64,000 bases of DNA from Candidatus Saccharimonadota bacterium (GCA_019352195.1 JACAFG010000002.1:103820-167819); one strand, 5' to 3'. Counted from the stretch's first letter, positions 38,095 to 47,455 are shown. A program made the numbers and translations. The notes: a model not told the origin generated them from the letters alone.

Positions 38095-39279
38095 TCAGAC
38101 GGGCGATTCTTGGTAAAACATGAGACCGAGTTTTATCTGGAGGGCGTCGTCGAAATGGCGCGGATCTAAGTGAATAAGTTTTTTGGTCTTATCCAAACGG
38201 TAGATCAGTGTATTGCGATGGATGTGTAATTTCTCGGCCGCATCGGTGAGATTTAGACCAGTTGCCAAAAAGGCCTGAACTGTCTTAAATAGCTGATCGT
38301 CGCGCAGCAAGGGGGACAATATTTGATGAGCCAACTCAGCTTTGCGGTCGGCAGACGTGTTGGCTAAGGTGATGAACATGCCAACGCGCTTGATGTGATA
38401 TACCTTACCGGGCCCCCATACTTTGGTGCCGACATCGATTGCGAGCTTAGCATCCTGATAGCTTTTTCGCAGGCCCCCGAGATCGGGATAATACTGACCA
38501 ACGCCAATGGTAATGACCCGGTTAGGTTGTAATTTTTGCAACAGTTGTTGGATTAATTCGCTTTGTTCGGTGAGGTAACGAATAGTGTTCAGGGTGGTGA
38601 GGTGGTCGCCATTGATGCTTTTGAGCAGAACAAACTGATCCGTGTCAAAGTAGGCCACCAGGTTATCTTGGCGATGCCGAAAACTATCACGAATGCTGCG
38701 CGCAATGACTTCCGTAGCATCGTCGAGTTGAAGCTGACGTTCTTCGGCTGATAAATCAGTATGGGCTGCGTGAACGGCGTCTTCCAAGCCTGCTACTTGG
38801 ATAAGAATTACGGATTGCGGTTGTCGCAGGTTGAGCTGCAAAATATCGGCTTGGCGGTGGATGTCATCGGCATCAATACTCGGTGCCGTCAGAGTAGTCT
38901 TTAGAAAATCTGCTCGGACTCGTTCGGCAGACTGAATCTTGTCGAGCAAAAAGTGTTGGTAGACAATTACCTCGGCTAGCCCTTGAAGCAAGGTAATAGC
39001 TTCCTGGGTTATGGGCGCAGTATCGACTGGCAAGCCAAATACGGCAACAGTCGCGTCGTCGTAGATAAAAGGCCACCATTTCGTGGCGCGGTCCCCTAGA
39101 GTTCCAGTGACCGTGTGGCCTGTTTGGGCAACCGACAGGGCTTCGGGCACGAACTGACGGCGGTGACCACTCGAGCTGGCCAATAACTGGCCAGCGAGGT
39201 CGGTTAACACAATGTCGCGCTTAAGGATGGAATGCGCTTTGTCGACAATTTGATGGGCGAGCGCGTTATTGAGCAACAT
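38095..39279 (-). CDS. PucR/CdaR family transcriptional regulator
   Basis: C-terminal PucR-type HTH (LHIHRNTLIYRLDKTKKLIHLDPRHFDDALQIKLGLMFY). The 394 aa product has an N-terminal sensor-like region. Confidence 0.7.
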   Translation of the reverse strand: MLLNNALAHQIVDKAHSILKRDIVLTDLAGQLLASSSGHRRQFVPEALSVAQTGHTVTGTLGDRATKWWPFIYDDATVAVFGLPVDTAPITQEAITLLQGLAEVIVYQHFLLDKIQSAERVRADFLKTTLTAPSIDADDIHRQADILQLNLRQPQSVILIQVAGLEDAVHAAHTDLSAEERQLQLDDATEVIARSIRDSFRHRQDNLVAYFDTDQFVLLKSINGDHLTTLNTIRYLTEQSELIQQLLQKLQPNRVITIGVGQYYPDLGGLRKSYQDAKLAIDVGTKVWGPGKVYHIKRVGMFITLANTSADRKAELAHQILSPLLRDDQLFKTVQAFLATGLNLTDAAEKLHIHRNTLIYRLDKTKKLIHLDPRHFDDALQIKLGLMFYQESPV

Positions 39280-40402
39280 GGCTGGGTCCTACGAAACGAT
39301 TATACAAAATGGCCAGCTTTATCTGCACCGCATCATCAAAGGCCCGCGGGTCGAGGCCAAGGGTTTCGGTGATGCGGTCGAGGCGGTAAACGAGCGTGTT
39401 GCGGTGGATACTCAGCGTTTCGGCGGTTTTAGTGAGGCTCATATCAAAATCGAAGAAAGCTTCGAGGGTCTGGATGATTTCGACGTTTTCACCGAGTCGG
39501 TCGAGCAATTCACGTGAGAAGTAAATGTTGGACTCGTCAACGCCGGAAAGTAGCGGCGCCACCACACCGAAATCATCAATATGGTAGATGCGGTCCTGGT
39601 CCCAAGTTTGAGCACCAAGTTCAATGGCGCTACGAGCCTCCTGGTGGCTTTGGCGTAAGCCATCGAGCCCTGGGTGATAATTGCCAACGCCGACAGTGGT
39701 AGGAAGCTTTAGCTCGCTTTTGAGGATGTTGTAGATGGCACCCAAGCTTTTCTTAAAGGCTTCAAGGCTGGCAGCTAGGTCATCATCGGGGTCGGCCATT
39801 AGGTCTTTAAGGATACAAAATGAGGTTCCGCCTAAATATGACACGACGTTTTCGCGGCTTGAGGTGTAAAACGAGTCGATAGCTCGCGCAATACCAAACT
39901 TGTAACGGGTGAGGCGAACTTCACGGTCATCGGCCGGGTCTTGATAGCGCGAAACAAGCGTTGGATCGTCAATGCGGATGACGATGGCGATACGCGGACG
40001 GTCGAGGTCGATATCAAAGAGGCGGGCCTCAGCGGCTAACAACGGCCAATCGGGCTGTGGCTGATTAAGTAGATCGTAGATAAACTTATCCAGTCGTTCA
40101 TCCTGACGTGGAATTTGCTCCAAGACGATGCTTTGGTGCATGACGAGTTCGGCGATGGAGCGAATGAGGGGCATAATTTCGGTTTGGTTGGGCATTTCGC
40201 GGGTGAGGACAATAAAGCCGACGACACTGCCCCCGTAGGCAAATGGAATCGCCCAAGGAATGCTTGTGAGGTCAATTTTCTCAGCTTTGAGGGTAGTAGT
40301 AGCCGAGAGTGTGCTACCGTCGGGCGTGGTGATACGGAGCTCTTGGCCCGTCAGGGTACTGACTTTAGCGCGGATTTTGTCGGCGATTTGCTGACTGAGC
40401 AT
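39266..40402 (-). CDS. PucR/CdaR family transcriptional regulator (tandem paralog)
   Basis: C-terminal LSIHRNTLVYRLDRITETLGLDPRAFDDAVQIKLAILY. It overlaps the downstream paralog by 14 nt. Confidence 0.7.
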   Translation of the reverse strand: MLSQQIADKIRAKVSTLTGQELRITTPDGSTLSATTTLKAEKIDLTSIPWAIPFAYGGSVVGFIVLTREMPNQTEIMPLIRSIAELVMHQSIVLEQIPRQDERLDKFIYDLLNQPQPDWPLLAAEARLFDIDLDRPRIAIVIRIDDPTLVSRYQDPADDREVRLTRYKFGIARAIDSFYTSSRENVVSYLGGTSFCILKDLMADPDDDLAASLEAFKKSLGAIYNILKSELKLPTTVGVGNYHPGLDGLRQSHQEARSAIELGAQTWDQDRIYHIDDFGVVAPLLSGVDESNIYFSRELLDRLGENVEIIQTLEAFFDFDMSLTKTAETLSIHRNTLVYRLDRITETLGLDPRAFDDAVQIKLAILYNRFVGPSHVAQ

Positions 40403-40627
40403 GCTCTCATCCCACTTAAGCTGTTAGTTCTTACAAATATGCTAGCGTTATTGACCGACTACCTGCAAGCATAAGGAGTATTGGGCTAACAGATGAGCTT
40501 GAGCCTACATACAGTTTTTAGCCAATGTTCGAACATCGCGATTTAAATGCACAAAGAGGGTAGTCGTTTTAAATGGTTTGCCCCCGCCACCCAAGATCTG
40601 GGCGGCGGGGGCAGTGAACCAGACGGC

Positions 40628-41257
40628 TCAGGTAGCCGTTTTGACGAAGCTACGAATGATCTGGGCTCGCCAATCGGCGACCGATTTGTGAATCGTGTCT
40701 CTAATGGTAGGGAACGCAAGCGCGAGGAAGTCGCCCGGATCAAGGGAGGAAGTGCGGAGCAAGGCCATCAGCTTGGCGTTGCCCTTGAGTGCGTCCTTCT
40801 TGATGGAGGTCGTCGTAACGCTGTCGAACTCGTCTTGAGTGATGGTGCCATTGGCCACCAAAAGACGAAGCTCATTGAGCGTGTCGTCGGTAACCGCAAG
40901 CGCGGGCCGTTTGGACGGGTAGCGCTCAGCGACAAAAGTGCTGAAATCTACCTTTCCGCCCTGGGCATCAAGTTCCTCCCAGTGGCCAAGGACGTAGTCG
41001 ACGACCTTGGACGACAGCGCATCGACCTGGCGGCGATCGCGCGTCGAGAGCCGATCGAGTTCTTCGCGATCGGCCTTGTTGGCTTCGTCGCGCGCACTGA
41101 TGCGCGCACTGATGCGCGCCTCGCGGCTGAGCATTCGCCGCCAAACGCTAAAGAGCTCGGCGCCGAGCGATACAGCTTCGGCGCGGTCGGAGAGGGTAGT
41201 GACGGTCACACGGACCACATCCTTTCGAACGAGAAGTGTCGGGTAAGGTGCAACCAC
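40628..41257 (-). CDS. Hypothetical protein containing a 2x12-nt tandem repeat (ARISARIS)
   Basis: A 209 aa ORF, moderately GC-rich. It is preferred over the antisense Gly/Arg-rich shadow ORF. A terminator-like GC hairpin lies downstream at about 40579-40611. Confidence 0.4.
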   Translation of the reverse strand: MVAPYPTLLVRKDVVRVTVTTLSDRAEAVSLGAELFSVWRRMLSREARISARISARDEANKADREELDRLSTRDRRQVDALSSKVVDYVLGHWEELDAQGGKVDFSTFVAERYPSKRPALAVTDDTLNELRLLVANGTITQDEFDSVTTTSIKKDALKGNAKLMALLRTSSLDPGDFLALAFPTIRDTIHKSVADWRAQIIRSFVKTAT

Positions 41258-41394
41258 ACTATGGTAGTGGCCTAACCCCGACAGGAGAGGGATCTCTCTG
41301 TGCGACTAACTTACCGCACTTGAGTCAGGTGATCTAGTCAAATACTTTTGACCTCGGTGCGGTCGATCCCCATGAGCTCATTATCGAGCTCGGC

Positions 41395-41714
41395 TTATCG
41401 CTGATGGGCAGCCGATATTTCGCGGCTCAGACTTCGTTTGAGTGTCGTGATGGCCGCTCGGAGGTTCTCGTTGTGGTAGACCGGGTAGGTAAGATCGGTC
41501 CAAACCGTCGGAATGCCAGGGTAGGATACCTCGATTTTTGCTAGGTTGCGACGGCTTGACTCGTGGAAAGCACCGCGATCTCCTGGCGTACACGTGAGCG
41601 TGATCGTCAGCTGCCATTGTGGCAAGGCTTTGATGAGCTCTACAGCCAGCTAGTGTAGACGCTCTACGACATAGTCCCCGCGAAAGATGATTGCGGGCGC
41701 TAAGCGATTGGACA
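41395..41714 (-). pseudogene. ORF of about 106 codons interrupted by a single in-frame TAG (pseudogene, sequencing error or recoding)
   Basis: The ATG at 41714 has a GGAGA SD. The reading is MSNRLAPAIIFRGDYVVERLH-TAG-LAVELIKALPQWQLTITLTC ..., with the same frame continuing to 41395. Confidence 0.4.
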
Positions 41715-41729
41715 TGATGATCTCCGCTT

Positions 41730-42185
41730 TCAGTTGGAGGAGGGGGCGGGCACCACAGTGGCGGGATCCGAGGCGTCCAAGATGGCTTGTAAGCGCTTGG
41801 CATCGAGGGTAAAATGCGCCTGCTTTCTTTGAATTTCGGTAACAATTTTGCCGGCGATGGCCGCGGCGGTGACGGCAATATCCCAGTTACGCCAAAACTC
41901 GATGTCGGGATTATTGATGGTGCCAATTACTTCGATACCATCAGGGCTGATATAGAAGGCGGCGATCGTGAACCCCACTTCGTAGGTCAACTCTACCGGA
42001 AAATCTAAGCCCCTATAATGCGCGCCAACCACGAAGGTGCTGACATATCGTCCGAGTTCACCCAAATCGGCGATGACTCGCTGCGCGATCTGAAAGGCGG
42101 CCAACTGATCGGCCGGATCGATGTGCGGGTTGGAATTGCGCAGTGTACCGTGACATTTGATGGTGATGGCGGTGGTTACTACCAT
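41730..42185 (-). CDS. Hypothetical protein, upstream partner of the TAG-interrupted ORF
   Basis: The ATG at 42185 has a perfect GGAGG SD. The 151 aa product is MVVTTAITIKCHGTLRNSNPHIDPADQ ... Its stop overlaps the SD of the next ORF. Confidence 0.5.
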   Translation of the reverse strand: MVVTTAITIKCHGTLRNSNPHIDPADQLAAFQIAQRVIADLGELGRYVSTFVVGAHYRGLDFPVELTYEVGFTIAAFYISPDGIEVIGTINNPDIEFWRNWDIAVTAAAIAGKIVTEIQRKQAHFTLDAKRLQAILDASDPATVVPAPSSN

Positions 42186-42349
42186 GACAACCTCCAGATA
42201 GGCTTGCTTGTGAATGGGCCCGAATTTGAGCTCGCGGGCCCATTGTACACCTAACAATTGCCAATGGCCGTGTTTTCGGCTATCATTTGACCTTGTTCAG
42301 CTCTGTTTTTGCCCTTGTCCGACGGCACAAACATTCGCCCAAACAGCCT

Positions 42350-42426
42350 GGATCCTTAGCTCAGCTGGCTAGAGCACCTCATTGACGTTGAGGGGGTCAG
42401 AAGTTCGAATCTTCTAGGATCCACCA
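42350..42426 (+). tRNA. tRNA-Val (anticodon GAC)
   Basis: Acceptor GGATCCT/AGGATCC, anticodon loop TTGACGT and CCA end. A terminator hairpin (gcgccgacaggcg TTTTTT) follows. Confidence 0.85.
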
Positions 42427-42803
42427 GAATTTATTTCTCCATGTAAGCGCCGACAGGCGTTTTTTGGTTGCCTAAGGCATGGCCAGCTGTTGGCGCAGCT
42501 GGTGTGATCATGTTGGCCGTGGGGCCATGGGCTCGCAAGAGTTCATGGCCCCTTGTCATCATCTGGACCTGGAGAAACGTCCCTCCGAGTCCTTATGCTT
42601 TAAGCAATAATATGTCGCAAAAATATTTTGAGAGGTAATTGCGACAAATTGAGCCTTTCTAACCTCGTAAGCGCAAGCGGAATTAGTCATATTTACAACA
42701 CTTTTATTGCCCCAAAATCTTTTAGAACTTTGTATCAGGTAGGCGACAGATAGGCTACGTATGATGTCGGTGTCATCGAAAGAGAAACAAAGGGGTAAAC
42801 ATT

Positions 42804-43028
42804 ATGACTAACTTACAGCTCTTGCCCGTGAGGCCGCGGACCCAATCTGGATCGAACGCCGAGATCGTGACGCTTGATAGAACCGAAGATGAGGGGATTA
42901 CGCTTCGGTTTTTGTCACGCACACGCCGCGGCTACGGGCATCGAGAAGTAACTTTGAACGCGGATGTCGCCGAGCAGCTGCTGACGATGTTAACTCGCGA
43001 ACTCGACGGTGACATGGTGATGGGTTAG
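42804..43028 (+). CDS. Small hypothetical protein
   Basis: A 74 aa ORF in an AT-rich spacer with a GGGG SD-like sequence upstream. Confidence 0.25.
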   Translation: MTNLQLLPVRPRTQSGSNAEIVTLDRTEDEGITLRFLSRTRRGYGHREVTLNADVAEQLLTMLTRELDGDMVMG

Positions 43029-43148
43029 CGCTTTTTCCACGACAGCGCTAAGACTACGGCAAAAGAGATAACGGATTGCGGAGGGTGCAATCCGTTATTT
43101 TGATTGGCAAAGCGCCTTGGAGCTCGGTATACTGATCGAGTCTGATGA

Positions 43149-43225
43149 GGGCAATTAGCTCAGTTGGTTAGAGCGCTGCATTCACATTGCAGAGGTCACT
43201 GGTTCGAGCCCAGTATTGCCCACCA
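43149..43225 (+). tRNA. tRNA-Val (anticodon CAC)
   Basis: Acceptor GGGCAAT/ATTGCCC, anticodon stem CTGCA/TGCAG, loop TTCACAT and CCA end. Confidence 0.85.
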
Positions 43226-43245
43226 AGGTATCATAATTTTTACCC

Positions 43246-43717
43246 ATGGCACTTATTTACGAGACTCCTAATTTTACGATTGAATCGGCCGAGCAGCCGT
43301 TTATTGATCGCCTCGAAGGCGGCCATATTCGAATATTTCCAAAGGTTGCGGTATCAGATCGTACCCAATTAACGCCTGAGCTCGCTATCGAATATACAAA
43401 GTTATCTATGGTAGTGGGGGGAAGCGATGGTAACGGCGCTTGGACGCCAAGGAATTGATATTGGCATTATTAATTATCAGGATATGGGTAATTGGCGCGT
43501 GTTTAAGGCTGGCGGCCCCACACTTCACCTACACGTGTTAGGACGCGCCAAAAACGCCACTATTCAAAAATACGGCGACGCGGTGTATCTGCCGCATCGT
43601 GATAGCGGCTATTACGATGAATTTAGGCCCCTCGATGATGGAGACCGAGATGAACTGGCCCGCGATATTGAGCATCTGCTTAAGACGCCCAAATACGCTC
43701 ATTTTGGCGCAAGTTAA
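43246..43717 (+). pseudogene. HIT-family (histidine triad) hydrolase gene split by a frameshift at a G6 tract
   Basis: Two overlapping ORFs in different frames (43246-43458 and 43427-43717). The N-terminal part is HIT-like (LIYETPNFTIESAEQPFIDRLEGGHIRIFPKV). The second carries the HIT motif region QGIDIGIINYQDMGNWRVFKAGGPTLHLHVLGR. The switch maps to gtgggggga around 43414-43420. Confidence 0.6.
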
Positions 43718-43972
43718 CATGTTCCTTAAAACTAGTGTGTCCGTGTCGGAGCGTAGAGGCAATTCGCGGCTGCTAGGTTAGGGCAATGGATGTCAGTCGT
43801 TATGGCTGTAGTCGATAGGGCGGCTGAAGTATGTCCTCGGCCTAGTTATTTAGGCGAAGCAAGCGGGCCTGCGCGTGGTTAGGGCACAAATTACGATCAG
43901 GCCCCAGCGTTATAGGTGAGGATTTGCACGTTGACAGTGATAAGATGGTGCAATAAGCGGATACCCAAGATT

Positions 43973-44371
43973 ATGAGTGAATTAGCACTAGGTAACGATC
44001 GGGAATCTAACACGCGGGAGCTTGGCAGCACGTCTGGCGAAGATCTGGCCAGCGTAACTTCTATTACCGATGCCCCTAGACTGAGGCCGGAGGCGGCTGA
44101 TCCACTTGAGGCTCAGCATCTGCAACAGCTGAAAGTACTGCAAAGTCGCGAGCAAATTGCGCGTGCTAGTTTTGAGGATTGGGCCAAACTGCGTAATGCT
44201 GATGTAACTGGAGACCGATGGACCGATAAGAATGGAGATAACCTCGATATTCATTATTTGCATGAGGGCGTAGATCTTAATATTGCGCTCCAAGAGGCTA
44301 CCGCTGCCGTTCAGACGTTCATAAATTCGATGCCGGGTGCCGAAACTGTAGCTGGGGCCCAGAGTGCCTGA
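43973..44371 (+). CDS. Hypothetical acidic protein
   Basis: An ORF of about 132 aa with no recognisable domain. Confidence 0.35.
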   Translation: MSELALGNDRESNTRELGSTSGEDLASVTSITDAPRLRPEAADPLEAQHLQQLKVLQSREQIARASFEDWAKLRNADVTGDRWTDKNGDNLDIHYLHEGVDLNIALQEATAAVQTFINSMPGAETVAGAQSA

Positions 44372-44780
44372 GGGAGGCTCTGGCGAACACAGTCCCGATA
44401 TGGATCGGGTGAGAGATCCGTCCACTGCGCGGCGTGTTGAAACGAGCGAAGTGATGTATGGCCCTGATACCGAAGCGGCAATTCGGGGCAGCTATGCAGC
44501 TAGCGATGAAGCTGCGCGCGCAGCTAAAGCGGAGGCCGTGCGTGCGGAGATTAATGCAAAAGCTAAGCAGCAGATCGACTGGCGCGAAGCTGCCTATCAA
44601 GCGGCCGGTTGGCGTCCAAAAAAGAGCACCAAACTGGTGCCGAACGCCGATGCACCAACGTCAATGGCCGAACAGCGCGTGCCTACGCATGAAGAGTATT
44701 TGGCTTTGGTAGAGAAGCATCAGCTTGGCATGGGTCGTGACACTTCGGTTGTTGATACGCCTGAATTACCAGAACAGTAG
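44364..44780 (+). CDS. Hypothetical protein (Ala/Glu-rich)
   Basis: A 138 aa ORF. It overlaps the previous gene. The start is uncertain; an alternative ATG is at 44400. Confidence 0.3.
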   Translation: MPEGGSGEHSPDMDRVRDPSTARRVETSEVMYGPDTEAAIRGSYAASDEAARAAKAEAVRAEINAKAKQQIDWREAAYQAAGWRPKKSTKLVPNADAPTSMAEQRVPTHEEYLALVEKHQLGMGRDTSVVDTPELPEQ

Positions 44781-44902
44781 CCAGATGGCTGGCAGGCAAG
44801 ACGCGGCGAGCATATTCTACTTGAAATTCTTATGCTTTTATGCTAAGGTTAAAACAAGTTCGGGCTCAAAATAAGCTCAAAATAAACAGATCGGAAACTA
44901 TA

Positions 44903-45388
44903 ATGTCAGGACCAGAAAACAGTGCGACCGAGCAGCCGGGAACAGAAGGGCAAGCCGACTACAAGTCATTGTATCTAGAAGCAAATCCAGACGTGTCTGG
45001 AGACAAGCTAGTCGATGATTATGAACAGGCACGATTTGAGGCTAAAGTTTCAAATGAGGCTGCCTCTAAAGCTGCCAAAGCCCGGGAAATCATTGCCAGA
45101 GGCACCGATATGGCTGGAGCAGTTGCCGATGCAGCTGCTCGATTTGATGCGGTTGCCGAGACGACGCAGGATACCGCAGGAGAAGCATATCGGGCAGTTC
45201 ATGACGATAGCTCACCTTTAAGTCCAGAAGCGCAGGCCAAATTGGGCCGTGCCGGCCAAACATTAGATAGGATGGTTCGCTATCAAGACGGAAAGACGAC
45301 GTCAGAGCAGGATGCAGCGCAAGCCAAAGTCATCGGTGATGCGGCGCGAGAGTTTAGAAACGAAGAGCAGGCCAAAGCGGCCTCGTAG
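44903..45388 (+). CDS. Hypothetical acidic protein (Ala/Asp/Glu-rich, helical)
   Basis: An ORF of about 161 aa, followed by a terminator. Confidence 0.35.
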   Translation: MSGPENSATEQPGTEGQADYKSLYLEANPDVSGDKLVDDYEQARFEAKVSNEAASKAAKAREIIARGTDMAGAVADAAARFDAVAETTQDTAGEAYRAVHDDSSPLSPEAQAKLGRAGQTLDRMVRYQDGKTTSEQDAAQAKVIGDAAREFRNEEQAKAAS

Positions 45389-45407
45389 AACCGTTTTACG
45401 CAAATTA

Positions 45408-45427
45408 CTCCCTCCGGGGAGTTTTTT
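45408..45427 (+). terminator. Intrinsic terminator
   Basis: ctccc-tccg-gggag followed by TTTTTT. Confidence 0.65.
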
Positions 45428-45439
45428 GGTATAATGAGG

Positions 45440-45602
45440 TTAGTCCAATGGGTGTTAACGCGGGAGTACCGCCCCGTCAGCCCACGGTATCGGTCCCGCA
45501 GACCGACTCAATGAGAGGATTGCGCCCAGCAATCAAGTCTGGTGGAACCGCCTCATCACTGGGGTCCAGACGCACAAGTTTTTGTGCGTTGTTTTTGTTT
45601 TA
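45440..45602 (+). promoter_or_regulatory. T-box riboswitch-like leader upstream of thrS
   Basis: A TATAAT box at 45430-45435 is followed by a leader of about 170 nt. The leader contains the conserved T-box core GGTGGAACCGC (45541-45551) and a terminator hairpin cgcacaa-gttt-ttgtgcg plus a U-run (45571-45601) just before the thrS SD. Confidence 0.6.
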
Positions 45603-45616
45603 TAAGGAGAAATCAG

Positions 45617-47455
45617 ATGGATCATGCTCACGACGACCAATTATTTGCCATGCGGCACAGTCTGGCTCACATTATGGCGACCGCAATCCAGGAGCTGTAT
45701 CCATCGACCAAATTTGGCATTGGGCCGGTGGTAGAAAACGGTTTTTATTACGACGTTGATGTTGAGCCGCGCCTTACTGAAGAAGACCTGCCTAAGATTG
45801 AAGCCAAGATGAAAGAAGTTATTAAGGCCAATTATCCGTTTGAGCACTCAACTATGGGTCTTGATGAAGCTCTTGGCTTCTTTAAGGGCCAAACTTACAA
45901 GATTGAGTTAATTAATGACTTAAAAAATCACGGTACTACGGTGGCGAAAGATATTGATCGAAGCGTGATTGGCGCGAGTGACGAGGCCAAAGTAGACGAA
46001 GTGGGTATATATACCGACGGTCCTTTTACCGACCTCTGCCGAGGGCCACATGTTGAAAGTACGAGTAAAGTAGGTGCCTTCAAACTCATGCGCCTATCTG
46101 GAGCGTACTGGCGCGGCGACGAAAAGAACGCGCAACTACAGCGCATCTATGGTGTAGGATTTACAACAAAAGACGAACTCTTTAAATATCTCGAACTGTT
46201 GAAGGAAGCTGAAAAGCGAGATCACCGCAAGCTGGGCAAAGAAATGGATTTGTTTGTGTTTAGCGATCTAGTGGGGGCCGGCTTGCCTTTGTTTACCCCC
46301 CGCGGAACGGTGATACGCGACGAGCTCAATAATTTCTCACAAGAACTACAGGGTAAGGGCGGTTATCAGCGCGTGGCCATTCCGCACATGACCAAGGTTG
46401 AGTTGTACAAAACTTCGGGCCATTACGACAAGTATCCGGAGCGCTTCAGTGTGACCAGCTTTGAGAGTGACGATGAGTTCATGATGAAGCCGATGAACTG
46501 TCCGCACCACACCCAAATTTACGCTAGCCGTCCGCGGAGCTATCGAGACATGCCAATCCGCTACATGGAAACGACGGTTGTCTACCGCGACGAGAAGGCA
46601 GGCGAGATGATGGGGCTGAGCCGGGTTCGCGCCGCTACCCAGGATGATAGCCATGCCTTTGTTCGACCAGATCAAATTGAGAGCGAGTTTGAGTCTATCT
46701 TCAACATGATTAAGATCATGTATACCGATGTTTTTGATATGCCGTATCGCGTGCGGCTGGCTTTCCGGGACGACACCGATAAGTATTTTGGTGATATTAA
46801 ATTATGGAACTCGGCTCAAGCCTCGATTCAGAAGATTGCCGACAAATTGGGCGTTAAGTACACCATTGAAGAGGGTGAAGCAACGTTTTATGGGCCCAAA
46901 ATTGAGTTTGTAGTGAAAGATGCGCTTGGACGAGAGAACCAGTGCGGCACTATTCAGCTCGACTTTGTACAGCCAGAACGATTTGGGCTGGAATACACCG
47001 ATGACAAGGGCCAAATGGTGCGGCCGGTGATGGTCCACAAGGCGCTCTTGGGATCACTTGAGCGATTTATGGCCGTGATGATTGAGCACTATGCTGGTGC
47101 GTTCCCATTGTGGCTGGCGCCTGAGCAAATACGGTTGGCACCCATTAATGACTCGAAAGAGATCATGGATTACACGTACGAGCTAAAAGCTAAGCTGACG
47201 GCTGCCGGGCTCAGAGCCGAAGTAGACAGCAGCGTGGAGAGCGTGGGTAAGAAAATTCGCGCGGCTGGACTTGCGAAAGTGCCATATACGCTGATTATTG
47301 GCGAGCAAGAGCGCGAGAGTGGCAAGATGAAGCCACGTCTACGAACGGGACATGCTCGCAGTGATGACGAAATTGGCGAGCTGAGTGTTGAAGAGTTTGT
47401 GGCTAAATTGGCCCAGGAAGTGGCCGACCGGTCACCTAAGAGTTTATTGTCCTAA
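45617..47455 (+). CDS. thrS: Threonyl-tRNA synthetase
   Basis: The ATG at 45617 has a GGAGA SD. The product has a TGS/second-additional domain (HSLAHIMATAIQELYP), class II aaRS motifs and a C-terminal anticodon-binding domain. Confidence 0.92.
   Translation: MDHAHDDQLFAMRHSLAHIMATAIQELYPSTKFGIGPVVENGFYYDVDVEPRLTEEDLPKIEAKMKEVIKANYPFEHSTMGLDEALGFFKGQTYKIELINDLKNHGTTVAKDIDRSVIGASDEAKVDEVGIYTDGPFTDLCRGPHVESTSKVGAFKLMRLSGAYWRGDEKNAQLQRIYGVGFTTKDELFKYLELLKEAEKRDHRKLGKEMDLFVFSDLVGAGLPLFTPRGTVIRDELNNFSQELQGKGGYQRVAIPHMTKVELYKTSGHYDKYPERFSVTSFESDDEFMMKPMNCPHHTQIYASRPRSYRDMPIRYMETTVVYRDEKAGEMMGLSRVRAATQDDSHAFVRPDQIESEFESIFNMIKIMYTDVFDMPYRVRLAFRDDTDKYFGDIKLWNSAQASIQKIADKLGVKYTIEEGEATFYGPKIEFVVKDALGRENQCGTIQLDFVQPERFGLEYTDDKGQMVRPVMVHKALLGSLERFMAVMIEHYAGAFPLWLAPEQIRLAPINDSKEIMDYTYELKAKLTAAGLRAEVDSSVESVGKKIRAAGLAKVPYTLIIGEQERESGKMKPRLRTGHARSDDEIGELSVEEFVAKLAQEVADRSPKSLLS

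Noticed and set aside
40547-41275. A 242 aa plus-strand ORF rich in Gly, Arg and Asp
   Set aside because: It is antisense to a more plausible minus-strand gene, and its composition is typical of a shadow frame. Confidence in either call is low.
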